From the NCBI GenBank assembly GCA_964420875.1, contig CAYQUK010000001.1, positions 9,946-73,945 on the forward strand: 64,000 nucleotides of DNA, given 5' to 3'. Shown here piece by piece: positions 9,772 to 18,106 of this stretch. The stretch is from an uncultured Candidatus Saccharibacteria bacterium. Its GTDB lineage: Bacteria > Patescibacteriota > Minisyncoccia > Phycocordibacterales > UBA5272. The notes below the pieces were generated by a model. That model saw only the letters and a program-made list of their open reading frames with translations. It was not told the origin of the DNA and searched no databases. Every line of letters begins with the position of its first letter. Position 1 is the first letter of the stretch. The translations under genes and the position numbers were made by a program.

Positions 9772-10026
9772 ATGGATACAACAACACAACAAGTAGAGAT
9801 TTACAGCACGCCGACATGTCATTTTTGTCACATGGCAAAGGACTGGTTCACAGCTAACAATGTATCATTTGTAGATCATGATGTAGCTGCTGATATGGAG
9901 CGCAGAAAAGAGGTGGTAGAGATGACGGGTCAAATGGGTGTACCAGTTATTAAAATCGGTAATGACATCATTATTGGTTTCAATCAACCAAAACTTGAGG
10001 AGCTTTTGAATATCAAAAGCGCATAG
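9772..10026 (+). CDS. Glutaredoxin-like protein (NrdH/YruB-like thioredoxin fold)
   Basis: 84 aa. CHFC redox motif near the N-terminus, GVPVIKIG motif. Confidence 0.75.
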   Translation: MDTTTQQVEIYSTPTCHFCHMAKDWFTANNVSFVDHDVAADMERRKEVVEMTGQMGVPVIKIGNDIIIGFNQPKLEELLNIKSA

Positions 10027-10036
10027 TATAAAAAAG

Positions 10037-10080
10037 TTTAGCCCCTAGGTCGCTTTGCGACCTAGGGGCTTTTCTTATTT
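10037..10080. terminator. Bidirectional rho-independent terminator
   Basis: Perfect 13-bp stem gcccctaggtcgc/gcgacctaggggc, flanked by an A-run upstream and a T-run downstream, between convergent genes. Confidence 0.8.
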
Positions 10081-10521
10081 GTTCAGCACATATACGCCAG
10101 CTAGCACCAGTACAGTGCCGGAGATTTTTTCGAAAGTGAAGCTTTCCTTGAAAAACATCACAGCACCGATACTGATAATCAGAGGCATCATAGCGAGTAC
10201 GATTGGGATCATTCTCGACATTTCTGCTGACCCATTTTGCGCCTGCTCGATCAGTCGGTAGAACAGTACCAGTCCTATACCGTTAACGATGCCGGCAACG
10301 ATCATCAATAGTCCTTTGGGTTGGGAGATGGTTACGACTATCTCGTTAGCGTTGCCACCAACGAGTGCGTACCACATCAGCGTCGCAAACGCTGTGCCGC
10401 TACCAATCAGTAATGCCATGATAGGGTATGGCATTGGTGCTGCACGTGCGAGGAGTGCGGCTGAACCAAAGAATACAGCGCACATCATAGCTGTGAAAGT
10501 GTTAGACATTATGGTCTCCAA
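10075..10521 (-). CDS. Small DMT/EamA-like 4-TM membrane protein
   Basis: 148 aa, 4 hydrophobic helices with an EamA-half-like pattern. GC content is visibly higher than in neighbouring genes. Confidence 0.45.
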   Translation of the reverse strand: METIMSNTFTAMMCAVFFGSAALLARAAPMPYPIMALLIGSGTAFATLMWYALVGGNANEIVVTISQPKGLLMIVAGIVNGIGLVLFYRLIEQAQNGSAEMSRMIPIVLAMMPLIISIGAVMFFKESFTFEKISGTVLVLAGVYVLNK

Positions 10522-10681
10522 AGCTTAGGAACATTCCTGTTCAGAATCCTATCACAAAAGTAAAATCTTGACATCTATTGCAATATTTTATGTATTGATG
10601 TAATATTTGCATTAGATTGTTCATGTGCTCGTATAGACAAAAAGCAATCGCCAATCCATCGTCACTACTCAGGAGACATTC

Positions 10682-11167
10682 ATGAAGAAACGACACAGTT
10701 TGGCGGCATTCTTTGCTGCCGCACTCGCAAGTATCGGCCTCGCAGCGAGCGCTGCCCAGCCCGACAAGGTCGTCTCGACCCAGATCGACAATCCCGTTGC
10801 AGGTGCAGCTGAAAAACAGTTGCCAGCAATTTCCGTAACTGCTGCACAGGTCTGCGACAAAGAAGTGCCCGCGCAGTACAACGCCATGGACGGCGTGACG
10901 CTGCAAATGAGCTCGAATGTCGCCTCGGTTCAGTACGGCAAGTATCACGGTGCGGCACCCAATGGCACGCCGATAATGCGCACGTCATCGCCGACGGTAA
11001 CGTTCGACCCCCGAACGGCGAAGCCTGTTTATGTTTTGAGTTCCATTTCCAGCGCGTCTCAGGCCAACGTTCAGGCTGCCGTCGGCCGAGGTCATCACGA
11101 TGCCTCAGCCGCGAGCAAGTTCTCGTTCTCGAATCAACCGTTTGCCGGCATCGTCGTTACGACCTGA
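10682..11167 (+). CDS. Secreted hypothetical protein encoded in a GC-rich islet
   Basis: Signal peptide MKKRHSLAAFFAAALASIGLAASAA. AGGAG Shine-Dalgarno 8 nt upstream. Codon usage is strongly GC3-biased, unlike the rest of the window. The minus-strand overlapping ORFs are Arg-rich and look like frame artefacts. Confidence 0.55.
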   Translation: MKKRHSLAAFFAAALASIGLAASAAQPDKVVSTQIDNPVAGAAEKQLPAISVTAAQVCDKEVPAQYNAMDGVTLQMSSNVASVQYGKYHGAAPNGTPIMRTSSPTVTFDPRTAKPVYVLSSISSASQANVQAAVGRGHHDASAASKFSFSNQPFAGIVVTT

Positions 11168-11298
11168 CTTCTCCGCTTGGGCACCACGTAGCCTTGGCTA
11201 CGTGGCCAACAACCTATGCGCACTGGGAGATTAAAAATCTTTCAGTGCGCACAACAAACTCTTTTCAACTCAAAAGGTTGCGAGGCGTTTTTTTTATT

Positions 11299-11373
11299 TG
11301 GTGTCCTCGGCAGGAATTGAACCCACATCAATCCCTTAGGACGGGACTGTTCTATCCGTTGAACTACGAGGAC
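11299..11373 (-). tRNA. tRNA-Arg (anticodon CCU), CCA encoded
   Basis: Reverse complement folds as gtcctcg|ta|gttc-aacggata-gaac|a|gtccc-gtCCTaa-gggat|tgat|gtggg-ttcaatt-cctgc|cgaggac|a|cca. Confidence 0.7.
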
Positions 11374-11393
11374 AATGGTGTATACTATATCAC

Positions 11394-11678
11394 ATGAACA
11401 CACAGGAACAAATGGATGAGCTGATGCGCTTGACCAAGGAAAACAACAAGATGTTGCACTCGCTCAAAACTCATGCCAACGTAGGCATAGTTTTAAAATC
11501 ACTGTATTGGATAATTGTTCTCGGTTTTGTTTTCGGGGCGTATTATTATTTGCAGCCAATTATGGATCTGTTCACAGGGGACACACATGTTACTGACGAG
11601 GCGGTAAATAGATTTAGTCAGGTTGTGCCTATTATCACTAGATTCAAGGAGTTTTTCACCTCTTTAAATACCAATTAA
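11394..11678 (+). CDS. Hypothetical small membrane protein
   Basis: 94 aa, one central TM helix, host-like AT-rich composition. Confidence 0.4.
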   Translation: MNTQEQMDELMRLTKENNKMLHSLKTHANVGIVLKSLYWIIVLGFVFGAYYYLQPIMDLFTGDTHVTDEAVNRFSQVVPIITRFKEFFTSLNTN

Positions 11679-11699
11679 TTTGTGATAATATGGTGGGAT

Positions 11700-11775
11700 G
11701 CTTGGATAGCTCAGTTGGTAGAGCGCTTCCCTGAAGAGGAATAGGTCCCCAGTTCGAGCCTGGGTCCAAGCACCA
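11700..11775 (+). tRNA. tRNA-Phe (anticodon GAA), CCA encoded
   Basis: gcttgga|ta|gctc-agttggta-gagc|g|cttcc-ctGAAga-ggaat|aggtc|cccag-ttcgagc-ctggg|tccaagc|a|cca. Confidence 0.8.
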
Positions 11776-11782
11776 CAAAATA

Positions 11783-11812
11783 AAAACTATCGAGATTATC
11801 GATAGTTTTTAT
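11783..11812. terminator. Bidirectional terminator
   Basis: aaaactatcg-agattat-cgatagtttt with A/T runs on both sides, between tRNA-Phe (+) and hsp20 (-). Confidence 0.65.
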
Positions 11813-11821
11813 TTTATTTAT

Positions 11822-12355
11822 TTAAATGCTTTTTACTTTTATCTTTGCTTGTCTCGCTTTGTCTACTTTTGGCATTCTGATTATAAGTAGTCCATGCTTC
11901 TCGACTGCCTCAGCCTCCTCGATCTCAATCTCATGAGGGAGTAGTATGGTGCGAGAGAAATTGCCCCAATACAATTCACGATAGAAATAGTCATCATCAG
12001 CCACTTGTCCATTAGCCTCACGGCGACCTTTGATAGTTACCATGTCACGAGTGATAGACAGGTGTAGGTCTTCTGGTTTTACTCCTGCTACCATGGCTTC
12101 AATTATTATTTCTGTGCCTGTCTGATATACATCAACAGATAGCTCGCCGACCTCTTCTTCATACTCGTCCTCAACAGCAACATGAGCTGGTCTTTTTACA
12201 GCTTTTGTCTCAGGGGCACTACGACGAGTTTTCATTGGCATCTCGTCCTCATCATCCATCTCATCACTATTAATATCGATGATGTCCTCGTCATCATCTT
12301 CTACTGTTATAGACCCAGCGAGTCTTTCAAAAAAAGTTTTTTTGTCTTTGAGCAT
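11822..12355 (-). CDS. Hsp20/alpha-crystallin small heat-shock protein
   Basis: Alpha-crystallin domain (VDVYQTGTEIIIEAMVAGVKPEDL...GLLIIRMPK) with an acidic N-terminal extension. 177 aa. Confidence 0.8.
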   Translation of the reverse strand: MLKDKKTFFERLAGSITVEDDDEDIIDINSDEMDDEDEMPMKTRRSAPETKAVKRPAHVAVEDEYEEEVGELSVDVYQTGTEIIIEAMVAGVKPEDLHLSITRDMVTIKGRREANGQVADDDYFYRELYWGNFSRTILLPHEIEIEEAEAVEKHGLLIIRMPKVDKARQAKIKVKSI

Positions 12356-12530
12356 GTTGAAATAAAATTATTCTAATACTTGTAGTATATAGACAATATT
12401 TACTCGTTACTAGACAAAAACCAAATCTAACTGTGGATAGGGAATGTTCTGGTATTTTGTTTTTAAATATTTTAAATGCTAGTATTAAATAAGTACTGCA
12501 TCCGTGGTACGTCTACTCTGGGAGAAGTGT

Positions 12531-12968
12531 ATGAAAGTGATTCGTGTTTTGGGGCTCCTGCTTTTGGGGCTCATCTGTTCTTTTTTGCTGGTGCTGGCAC
12601 CAGATCTCGGTTCGGGGCTGAAAGCGTCCGGCACCAACGTTGCGTGGTTGAACATCTGTGCCCTAACTGGCATCGGTCTGGCTGCTTCGGTGCTGTTCGT
12701 TGAAGTCTTTCCGAAAGGTCACGTCAGTGGTTTGCATTTTCCGCAGTCGCTCTCGCTGGCTCTTATGGCAGCCTCGTTAGTCGTTGGATTGATCTCCTCC
12801 GTTTCTGTGCTCACGACTGACTACTCCGGGAACTCGGCAGCCGGTCAGATATTGGCTCGTTCATCGATACTGCTCTCCTTCGTCATGGCGACAGTAGCCA
12901 CACACCTTTCGGTCGCACTCTTCCGCTACGGCGAAAAGCTTCCTGTTCAAGACGGTGTAGCTGCTTAA
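12531..12968 (+). CDS. Hypothetical 4-TM membrane protein in a second GC-rich islet
   Basis: GC-rich codons. Start chosen at ATG 12531 (MKVIRVLG...) with a purine-rich GGGAGAAG Shine-Dalgarno-like sequence upstream. The tabulated ORF 12504..12968 is in the same frame with a longer N-terminus. Confidence 0.45.
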   Translation: MKVIRVLGLLLLGLICSFLLVLAPDLGSGLKASGTNVAWLNICALTGIGLAASVLFVEVFPKGHVSGLHFPQSLSLALMAASLVVGLISSVSVLTTDYSGNSAAGQILARSSILLSFVMATVATHLSVALFRYGEKLPVQDGVAA

Positions 12969-12991
12969 CGCGAAAGCTGACGCAGTCAAAA

Positions 12992-13020
12992 AAGGCGACC
13001 TTCGGGCCGCCTTTTTTCTT
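12992..13020. terminator. Bidirectional terminator (UUCG tetraloop)
   Basis: aaggcgacc-ttcg-ggccgcctt flanked by A6 and T6 runs. Serves the 12531 gene (+) and valS (-). Confidence 0.7.
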
Positions 13021-13028
13021 TTGATATT

Positions 13029-15182
13029 TTATTGGATAGGCCAAGGCTCGATAATTAGGTCCTTGTTTTGATTTTCAAAGTATTGCCACAGCTCCTCGGT
13101 GATGAATGGCATGAATGGATGCAGGGTGATAATGTTTTCACGCAATATTGTCATCAGTAATACCTTTGCAGAGTCAGCGTCCTCATTGTTTTGTATACGT
13201 AGTTTGTGTGTCTCAATTATCACATCACAAAAAGTCTTCCAAAAATAGTCATATATTTTCTCGCTGGCTATGTGAAGTTTGTATTCCTCTATATCAGTTG
13301 TTATCTCTTTTAACTTTTCTTGCCAAGCTTTATACAGGTTTGTGTCTATCTCGTTTAGAGGGGTATCATATTTTATGCCTTCACATTTTTCAAATACAAA
13401 TCTAGTAGCATTCCAGATTTTGTTAGCAAATTTTTTATAAGCTTCTACTTTTTTAGGGTCTAGGTTCATATCTACTCCTGGAGCATTATTAACAATTAGG
13501 CCCATACGTAAAGCATCGGTACCATATATGTCAGATATTTCTAGTGGAGATATTACGTTACCTTTACTTTTGCTCATTTTCATTCCTTTAGCGTCTCGTA
13601 CTAGCCCGTGTAGATATACATCTTTAAATGGAGATTTACCTGTTGTGTATATACCAAGCATTATCATACGCGCTACCCAGAAAAATAGTATGTCAGCACC
13701 TGTCTCCATTAACTGTGTAGGGTAATATTTTTCAAAATCACCATCACGTGTGTTTTGTAATGTTGCAAATGGCCATTGTCCAGACGAGAACCATGTATCA
13801 AATGTATCTGTGTCCTCGGCTAGATCTGAATTACATTTTTCGCATTTTGTTAATTTATTTTCAATGTCTACATATCCAGAGTCACAATTGGTACATATCT
13901 TTGCAGGTATTTTTATACCCCATACTATTTGTCTAGAGATGTTCCAATCTTGTATGTTTTCCATCCAATGGTTGAAAACTTTTTCATGTTGCTCCGTTAA
14001 TATATTCACTTCTCCATTTTTGGCAGCAGCCATAGCTTTTTCTGCTAGTGGCTTCATGCTTACAAACCATTGCGCCTTAATCTGCGGCTCTATTTCACGC
14101 TCACATTTATAACATACAGGCACTTCATGTGTGTACTTATCTTCAACTTTTACCAGTAATCCTTTTGCGTCCAGTTTTTCTACTATTTTTGAACGAGCAT
14201 CTTTTATGCTCATACCAGCGAACTCGCCAGCAATAGGTAATAGTTTGCCGCGCTCATCTATTATTTGTTCCCAATCTAAATTATGTCGTTTAGCTATTTC
14301 AAAGTCTATTGCTGAATGCCATGGTGTTATTGTCATAGCCCCAGATCCTTTTTCTGGGTCGCCAGCAATATCTTTTATCACTGTAGCTTCTATTTCACCA
14401 CTGATCCATTCGAGTTTTATTTTTTGACCATGAGTGAATTCTGCGTACCGTGCATCGTCAGGGTGTACTACGACGTATTTGTCTCCGAACTTCGTCTCTG
14501 GCCTTACTGTACCTATTGTAAATGGTCCGTATTTAAAATAGTAGAACGGATCTATTTTCGTTTTATACTCTGTCTCTAGATTAGACAGTGAAGTCTGATG
14601 CTTGCTACACCAGTTCACAATTCTCTTTCCACGATATAACAACTTGTCATCTTCTAATTTCTTAAAAGTTTTATACACTGTTTTTATTATGCCATCGTCC
14701 AGTGTGAATACCTCACGTGACCAGTCACAACTAGCACCGAGCTGGCGTATTTGCCCTTCCATGAACTGTTTGTTGAAAAGTGTAAAATCCATTATCTCTT
14801 TATATAGATCTGCGCGTTCCATATCAAATCTTGACCTACCTTCTTTTTCTAATTTCTTCTCGTATACAACTTGAGTTTCAAATCCTGCATGATCTGCTCC
14901 AGGCAACCAAAGTGCACGATAGCCATTCATTCTTTTATATCTTGTTAAGATGTCTTGGATTGTTACAAACAACGCATGTCCAGCATGTAGAGATCCATTA
15001 GCATTTGGTGGTGGCATTATTATTGTATATGTTTTTTCTTTGCCATTATCATCAAGCCTTATTTTATCTTGTGGTAATTTGTCCGGGTTAAAATATCCAG
15101 ATTCTTCCCATTTCTTATATATAGCAGGCTCGACACTCTTTGCGTCATAGGGCTTTTTCAAATTTTCTATATTTGTATTCAT
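13029..15182 (-). CDS. valS: Valyl-tRNA synthetase, compact form lacking the C-terminal coiled-coil
   Basis: PPPNANGSLHAGHAL (HIGH) and KMSKSKGN (KMSKS). CP1 editing-domain region present. 717 aa. Confidence 0.85.
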   Translation of the reverse strand: MNTNIENLKKPYDAKSVEPAIYKKWEESGYFNPDKLPQDKIRLDDNGKEKTYTIIMPPPNANGSLHAGHALFVTIQDILTRYKRMNGYRALWLPGADHAGFETQVVYEKKLEKEGRSRFDMERADLYKEIMDFTLFNKQFMEGQIRQLGASCDWSREVFTLDDGIIKTVYKTFKKLEDDKLLYRGKRIVNWCSKHQTSLSNLETEYKTKIDPFYYFKYGPFTIGTVRPETKFGDKYVVVHPDDARYAEFTHGQKIKLEWISGEIEATVIKDIAGDPEKGSGAMTITPWHSAIDFEIAKRHNLDWEQIIDERGKLLPIAGEFAGMSIKDARSKIVEKLDAKGLLVKVEDKYTHEVPVCYKCEREIEPQIKAQWFVSMKPLAEKAMAAAKNGEVNILTEQHEKVFNHWMENIQDWNISRQIVWGIKIPAKICTNCDSGYVDIENKLTKCEKCNSDLAEDTDTFDTWFSSGQWPFATLQNTRDGDFEKYYPTQLMETGADILFFWVARMIMLGIYTTGKSPFKDVYLHGLVRDAKGMKMSKSKGNVISPLEISDIYGTDALRMGLIVNNAPGVDMNLDPKKVEAYKKFANKIWNATRFVFEKCEGIKYDTPLNEIDTNLYKAWQEKLKEITTDIEEYKLHIASEKIYDYFWKTFCDVIIETHKLRIQNNEDADSAKVLLMTILRENIITLHPFMPFITEELWQYFENQNKDLIIEPWPIQ

Positions 15183-15281
15183 ATACCAATACTAACATAT
15201 ACAATATATATGTATAAAGCCTCTCAGTTTTGTGTTCTATATGTATATTGTGTTAGTATAGTCAGACTAAAAGATTTTAAA

Positions 15282-15725
15282 ATGCAAAAAACACAATCAA
15301 AGATAAGCAAGGCAGACAGCAATCATATATTTAAAAAAGTAAAAGCTAAAAAGGGGGTAGATGGACTAGGGCTATTTGCTGCTGAGGATATCAAAAAGGG
15401 CGAGATCATAATCGAGTACACTGGCAATATATTGTTAGGCAAAGAGTCTCGTGAGGCCAAGGCCAACATGTATCTGTTTGAGATTAATAGAGACAAGACC
15501 ATAGACGGGTCACCAAGGTGGAATCTGGCGAGATATTGCAACCATAGTTGTGATGGTAATGCAGAGAGCGAGATTAAAAAGGGGCGCGTATTTATAATCG
15601 CTACAAAAAATATAAAAGATGGTGAGGAGATAGTCTATGACTATGGCAAGGAGTTCTTTGAAGAGTACATTGCTCCAAAGGGCTGCATGTGTGGTACTAA
15701 AAAGTGTAAAAAACCGAGACAGTAG
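15282..15725 (+). CDS. SET-domain protein-lysine N-methyltransferase
   Basis: GLGLFAAEDIKKGEII, NHSCDGNA (NHSC pseudoknot motif), EEIVYDYG (ELxxDY-like), and a post-SET Cys cluster CMCGTKKC. Start at the internal ATG of the tabulated ORF 15210..15725. Confidence 0.7.
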   Translation: MQKTQSKISKADSNHIFKKVKAKKGVDGLGLFAAEDIKKGEIIIEYTGNILLGKESREAKANMYLFEINRDKTIDGSPRWNLARYCNHSCDGNAESEIKKGRVFIIATKNIKDGEEIVYDYGKEFFEEYIAPKGCMCGTKKCKKPRQ

Positions 15726-15760
15726 ATATATAGGGTGTTATACTTTGAGTATATTAGCGT

Positions 15761-17692
15761 ATGCCAGTATCACCAACAGCGCCACCTTTAACACGTAGTC
15801 CGGCACCAGCTCCACCTGACAGATTAGATGCCAGTTTTTGGGAGTCTGAGTTTAATAGAAGAGAAGCAAGAGTAGAAACTTTTATTAATTTAGCCTTCAT
15901 TCAATATAAAACAAATATTGATTCCAACATCGAGGATGCTGATAGGCTTTATAATCAGGAAATAATAGATGCTGTTGAGGAGATTTATGATATCGATTTT
16001 CCTGCTGACTATGAGGTAGATGCCAGCACAAAGACTCAACCAGAAAAGAAAATGATAAAGGGTAAGTTAAAAGATCTGCGAACCCGTAAAGAAAAGGTTA
16101 TTAGGGGCTGTATGGATAGATCCCCTTTTGGTTCGCGTAAAGATGAGATAAAAGATGCCAAAGAAAATACTTTAGAAAAAATAGCTGAGAGAAATAGGGT
16201 AAGTCTCGGTAAAATTAGATCCGCTGTCGGCACTTCTTATAAAAATATTGCAAAAGTTTTAGGAGATATAGAAAAAAGAAAAAATGAAGGTAAGAAAATT
16301 TCAGATGCAGAAAGAATAATTTTCGAAGAAGATGTTAGTCGCAACTTGTCAGAGTATCAAACAAGCATGGCTAGCCTCGATAGGTTAATGAGTATACCTG
16401 CTACTGATAGAGCTTGTCTGATGTTGGCTGGTTCAGCTACTCCAGACTCTGAGCAAATTAAATTTGTAGATACTATTAACACTATAAAAACTCAGGTTGA
16501 GGGTGCCGGTCCAGCAGACCCTAATTCTATTTTAGTAAAGATTAAAACTTCATTAGATAAGCCATTTGACGAAACAAAAGAAAAGTTTGTAAAAGCTGCT
16601 GAGTCTATGGATGCTATTACAAAGCAACTACAAAAAATCCAGTCAGACATAGAAGAAGAAATAAAGAAAGAGAAAAAAGTTGACCCAGACAATAGGGCTG
16701 AATTTTTAATGCGTATAAGTATGGAAGAGTCCAATCTTGATCTGGCTAGGATTGATTTTGCGAACGCTTGGACAAAGCTCAGTGTAGACTTGATGGCAAT
16801 AGGGGAATTACCAACACCAAAACAATTTGGACAACATGACGCTCTGGAGAGTCGAGATAATTATTTGCGAAATGACCTTATTGTTAAGTTGAAAGAAAAA
16901 GTTAATGGGCATATTTCTCCGAAAGATCAACGTGAGAATGCGAAGTCTTTAAATACACGTGTGAGTGATATAGAAAAAATGATGAAGACTGATTATGACA
17001 GTCTAGAGATAGGTAAGGGGTATACAGATAGCCAAAAAGACACATATAGGATACTCATAGACGTCGAAGAGATAGCTATTGCTGATATGGAGGAAGAGTT
17101 AACACATTTAACACCTGTCGTAGATGACCCAACAAAAACAATGATAGAAGGTGTGGTGTTGAGAGCTAAAGAGAGAATAGAAAAAGCTAAAGAAAAAGTA
17201 GAAAAGAAAAGAGTCGCAAAAGAAAAAGAGATACAAGAAAAATTTGACTCAATAGATAAAGGCATAGAGGAAGTTGAGAGCAGGTTAAGAGATATAACCA
17301 GAAAAGATGCAGAGGGTAAAGCTCAGTTTGAGGAAAACAAAGAGCGTGCTGGAGTATTACAAAAACTTTGGGCACCAACTAAAAAGTATGACGGTGGCAC
17401 AAAATACCAAGACCACGCGTCTATGGTTGATACTTTGTTTGATCCAAGAGAAGAATCTAATAAAGTAAAAGAGTGGATAAAAGATTTACCAGAAACAAAT
17501 GAAGGAGAGTTAAAGTTGAAAAAGAAAATGATGAAAAAAGCTCGTCGTTTATCTAGAAGAATAACCTCAGCTAAGTGGAGACATTATTTTTCAATGGATA
17601 CAAAAAATCAAGCAAAGTATTGGGGAGATATGGCGAGGAATAAAACTTTTGACATAATGGGTAATGCTATAGATAGAATTGTTTACCCATAG
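15761..17692 (+). CDS. Large hypothetical protein. Pro-rich N-terminus, then a highly charged K/E-rich predicted coiled coil. No TM helix.
   Basis: 643-aa ORF with no recognisable catalytic motifs. Heptad-like charged segments. Confidence 0.5.
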   Translation: MPVSPTAPPLTRSPAPAPPDRLDASFWESEFNRREARVETFINLAFIQYKTNIDSNIEDADRLYNQEIIDAVEEIYDIDFPADYEVDASTKTQPEKKMIKGKLKDLRTRKEKVIRGCMDRSPFGSRKDEIKDAKENTLEKIAERNRVSLGKIRSAVGTSYKNIAKVLGDIEKRKNEGKKISDAERIIFEEDVSRNLSEYQTSMASLDRLMSIPATDRACLMLAGSATPDSEQIKFVDTINTIKTQVEGAGPADPNSILVKIKTSLDKPFDETKEKFVKAAESMDAITKQLQKIQSDIEEEIKKEKKVDPDNRAEFLMRISMEESNLDLARIDFANAWTKLSVDLMAIGELPTPKQFGQHDALESRDNYLRNDLIVKLKEKVNGHISPKDQRENAKSLNTRVSDIEKMMKTDYDSLEIGKGYTDSQKDTYRILIDVEEIAIADMEEELTHLTPVVDDPTKTMIEGVVLRAKERIEKAKEKVEKKRVAKEKEIQEKFDSIDKGIEEVESRLRDITRKDAEGKAQFEENKERAGVLQKLWAPTKKYDGGTKYQDHASMVDTLFDPREESNKVKEWIKDLPETNEGELKLKKKMMKKARRLSRRITSAKWRHYFSMDTKNQAKYWGDMARNKTFDIMGNAIDRIVYP

Positions 17693-17885
17693 TAACTCAA
17701 AAAACTTAATATATTAATTTGCAAATGCAAAGCATTCGCATTTAGTAAATATGAGTTATCCACAAGTGAATATGTGTAAAAGTATTGTGTGAAATTTTAA
17801 GCATGTGATACTTGAATGGAGAGTGATACGATCATGGTCAAATCAATGCTAGCACTCTCGCAAAAAAATTTACATTACATATACT

Positions 17886-18038
17886 ATGGCAGTAACAAAA
17901 AAGAAAACAGCTAAAAAAGTTGCGAAGAAATCTCCAGCTAGAAAGGTTGCTAAAAAAGCAGTTAAGAAAACTGCTAAGAAGGCAGTCAAGAAAGCAGCAA
18001 AGAAATCTCCAGCTAAAAAAGCTGCTAAAAGAAAATAG
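17886..18038 (+). CDS. Histone H1-like / Hc1-like lysine-alanine-rich DNA-binding protein (50 aa)
   Basis: Translation MAVTKKKTAKKVAKKSPARKVAKKAVKKTAKKAVKKAAKKSPAKKAAKRK: AKK/SPAKK repeats as in H1 C-tails and bacterial Hc1/AlgP/BpH1. Below the 60-aa cutoff of the ORF table. Followed by a clean terminator. Confidence 0.55.
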   Translation: MAVTKKKTAKKVAKKSPARKVAKKAVKKTAKKAVKKAAKKSPAKKAAKRK

Positions 18039-18059
18039 TTTTAAACACGATTTTCTAAC

Positions 18060-18088
18060 AAAACCCTCGCATCCCACGCGAGGGTTTT
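18060..18088 (+). terminator. Rho-independent terminator
   Basis: aaaaccctcgc-atcccac-gcgagggtttt. Confidence 0.75.
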
Positions 18089-18106
18089 GTATACTATAAA
18101 ATACAA

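Noticed and set aside
10541-10988. Minus-strand ORFs 10541..10948, 10669..10887 and 10680..10988 inside the GC-rich islet
   Set aside because: They are Arg/Cys-rich, have no RBS, and look like GC-rich shadow-frame artefacts. The plus-strand ORF has a signal peptide and an SD.
10030-13025. Integrase or att direct repeats defining the GC-rich islets as a classical genomic island
   Set aside because: No integrase/recombinase ORF and no duplicated tRNA 3'-end segment were found. The islets are reported as compositional anomalies only.
17840-17870. CIRCE-like heat-shock operator (TTAGCACTC) near 17853 and near 2620
   Set aside because: Only one half-site (cTAGCACTC / TTAGCAC) is present, with no 9-nt-spaced inverted partner. 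It is also not upstream of hsp20.
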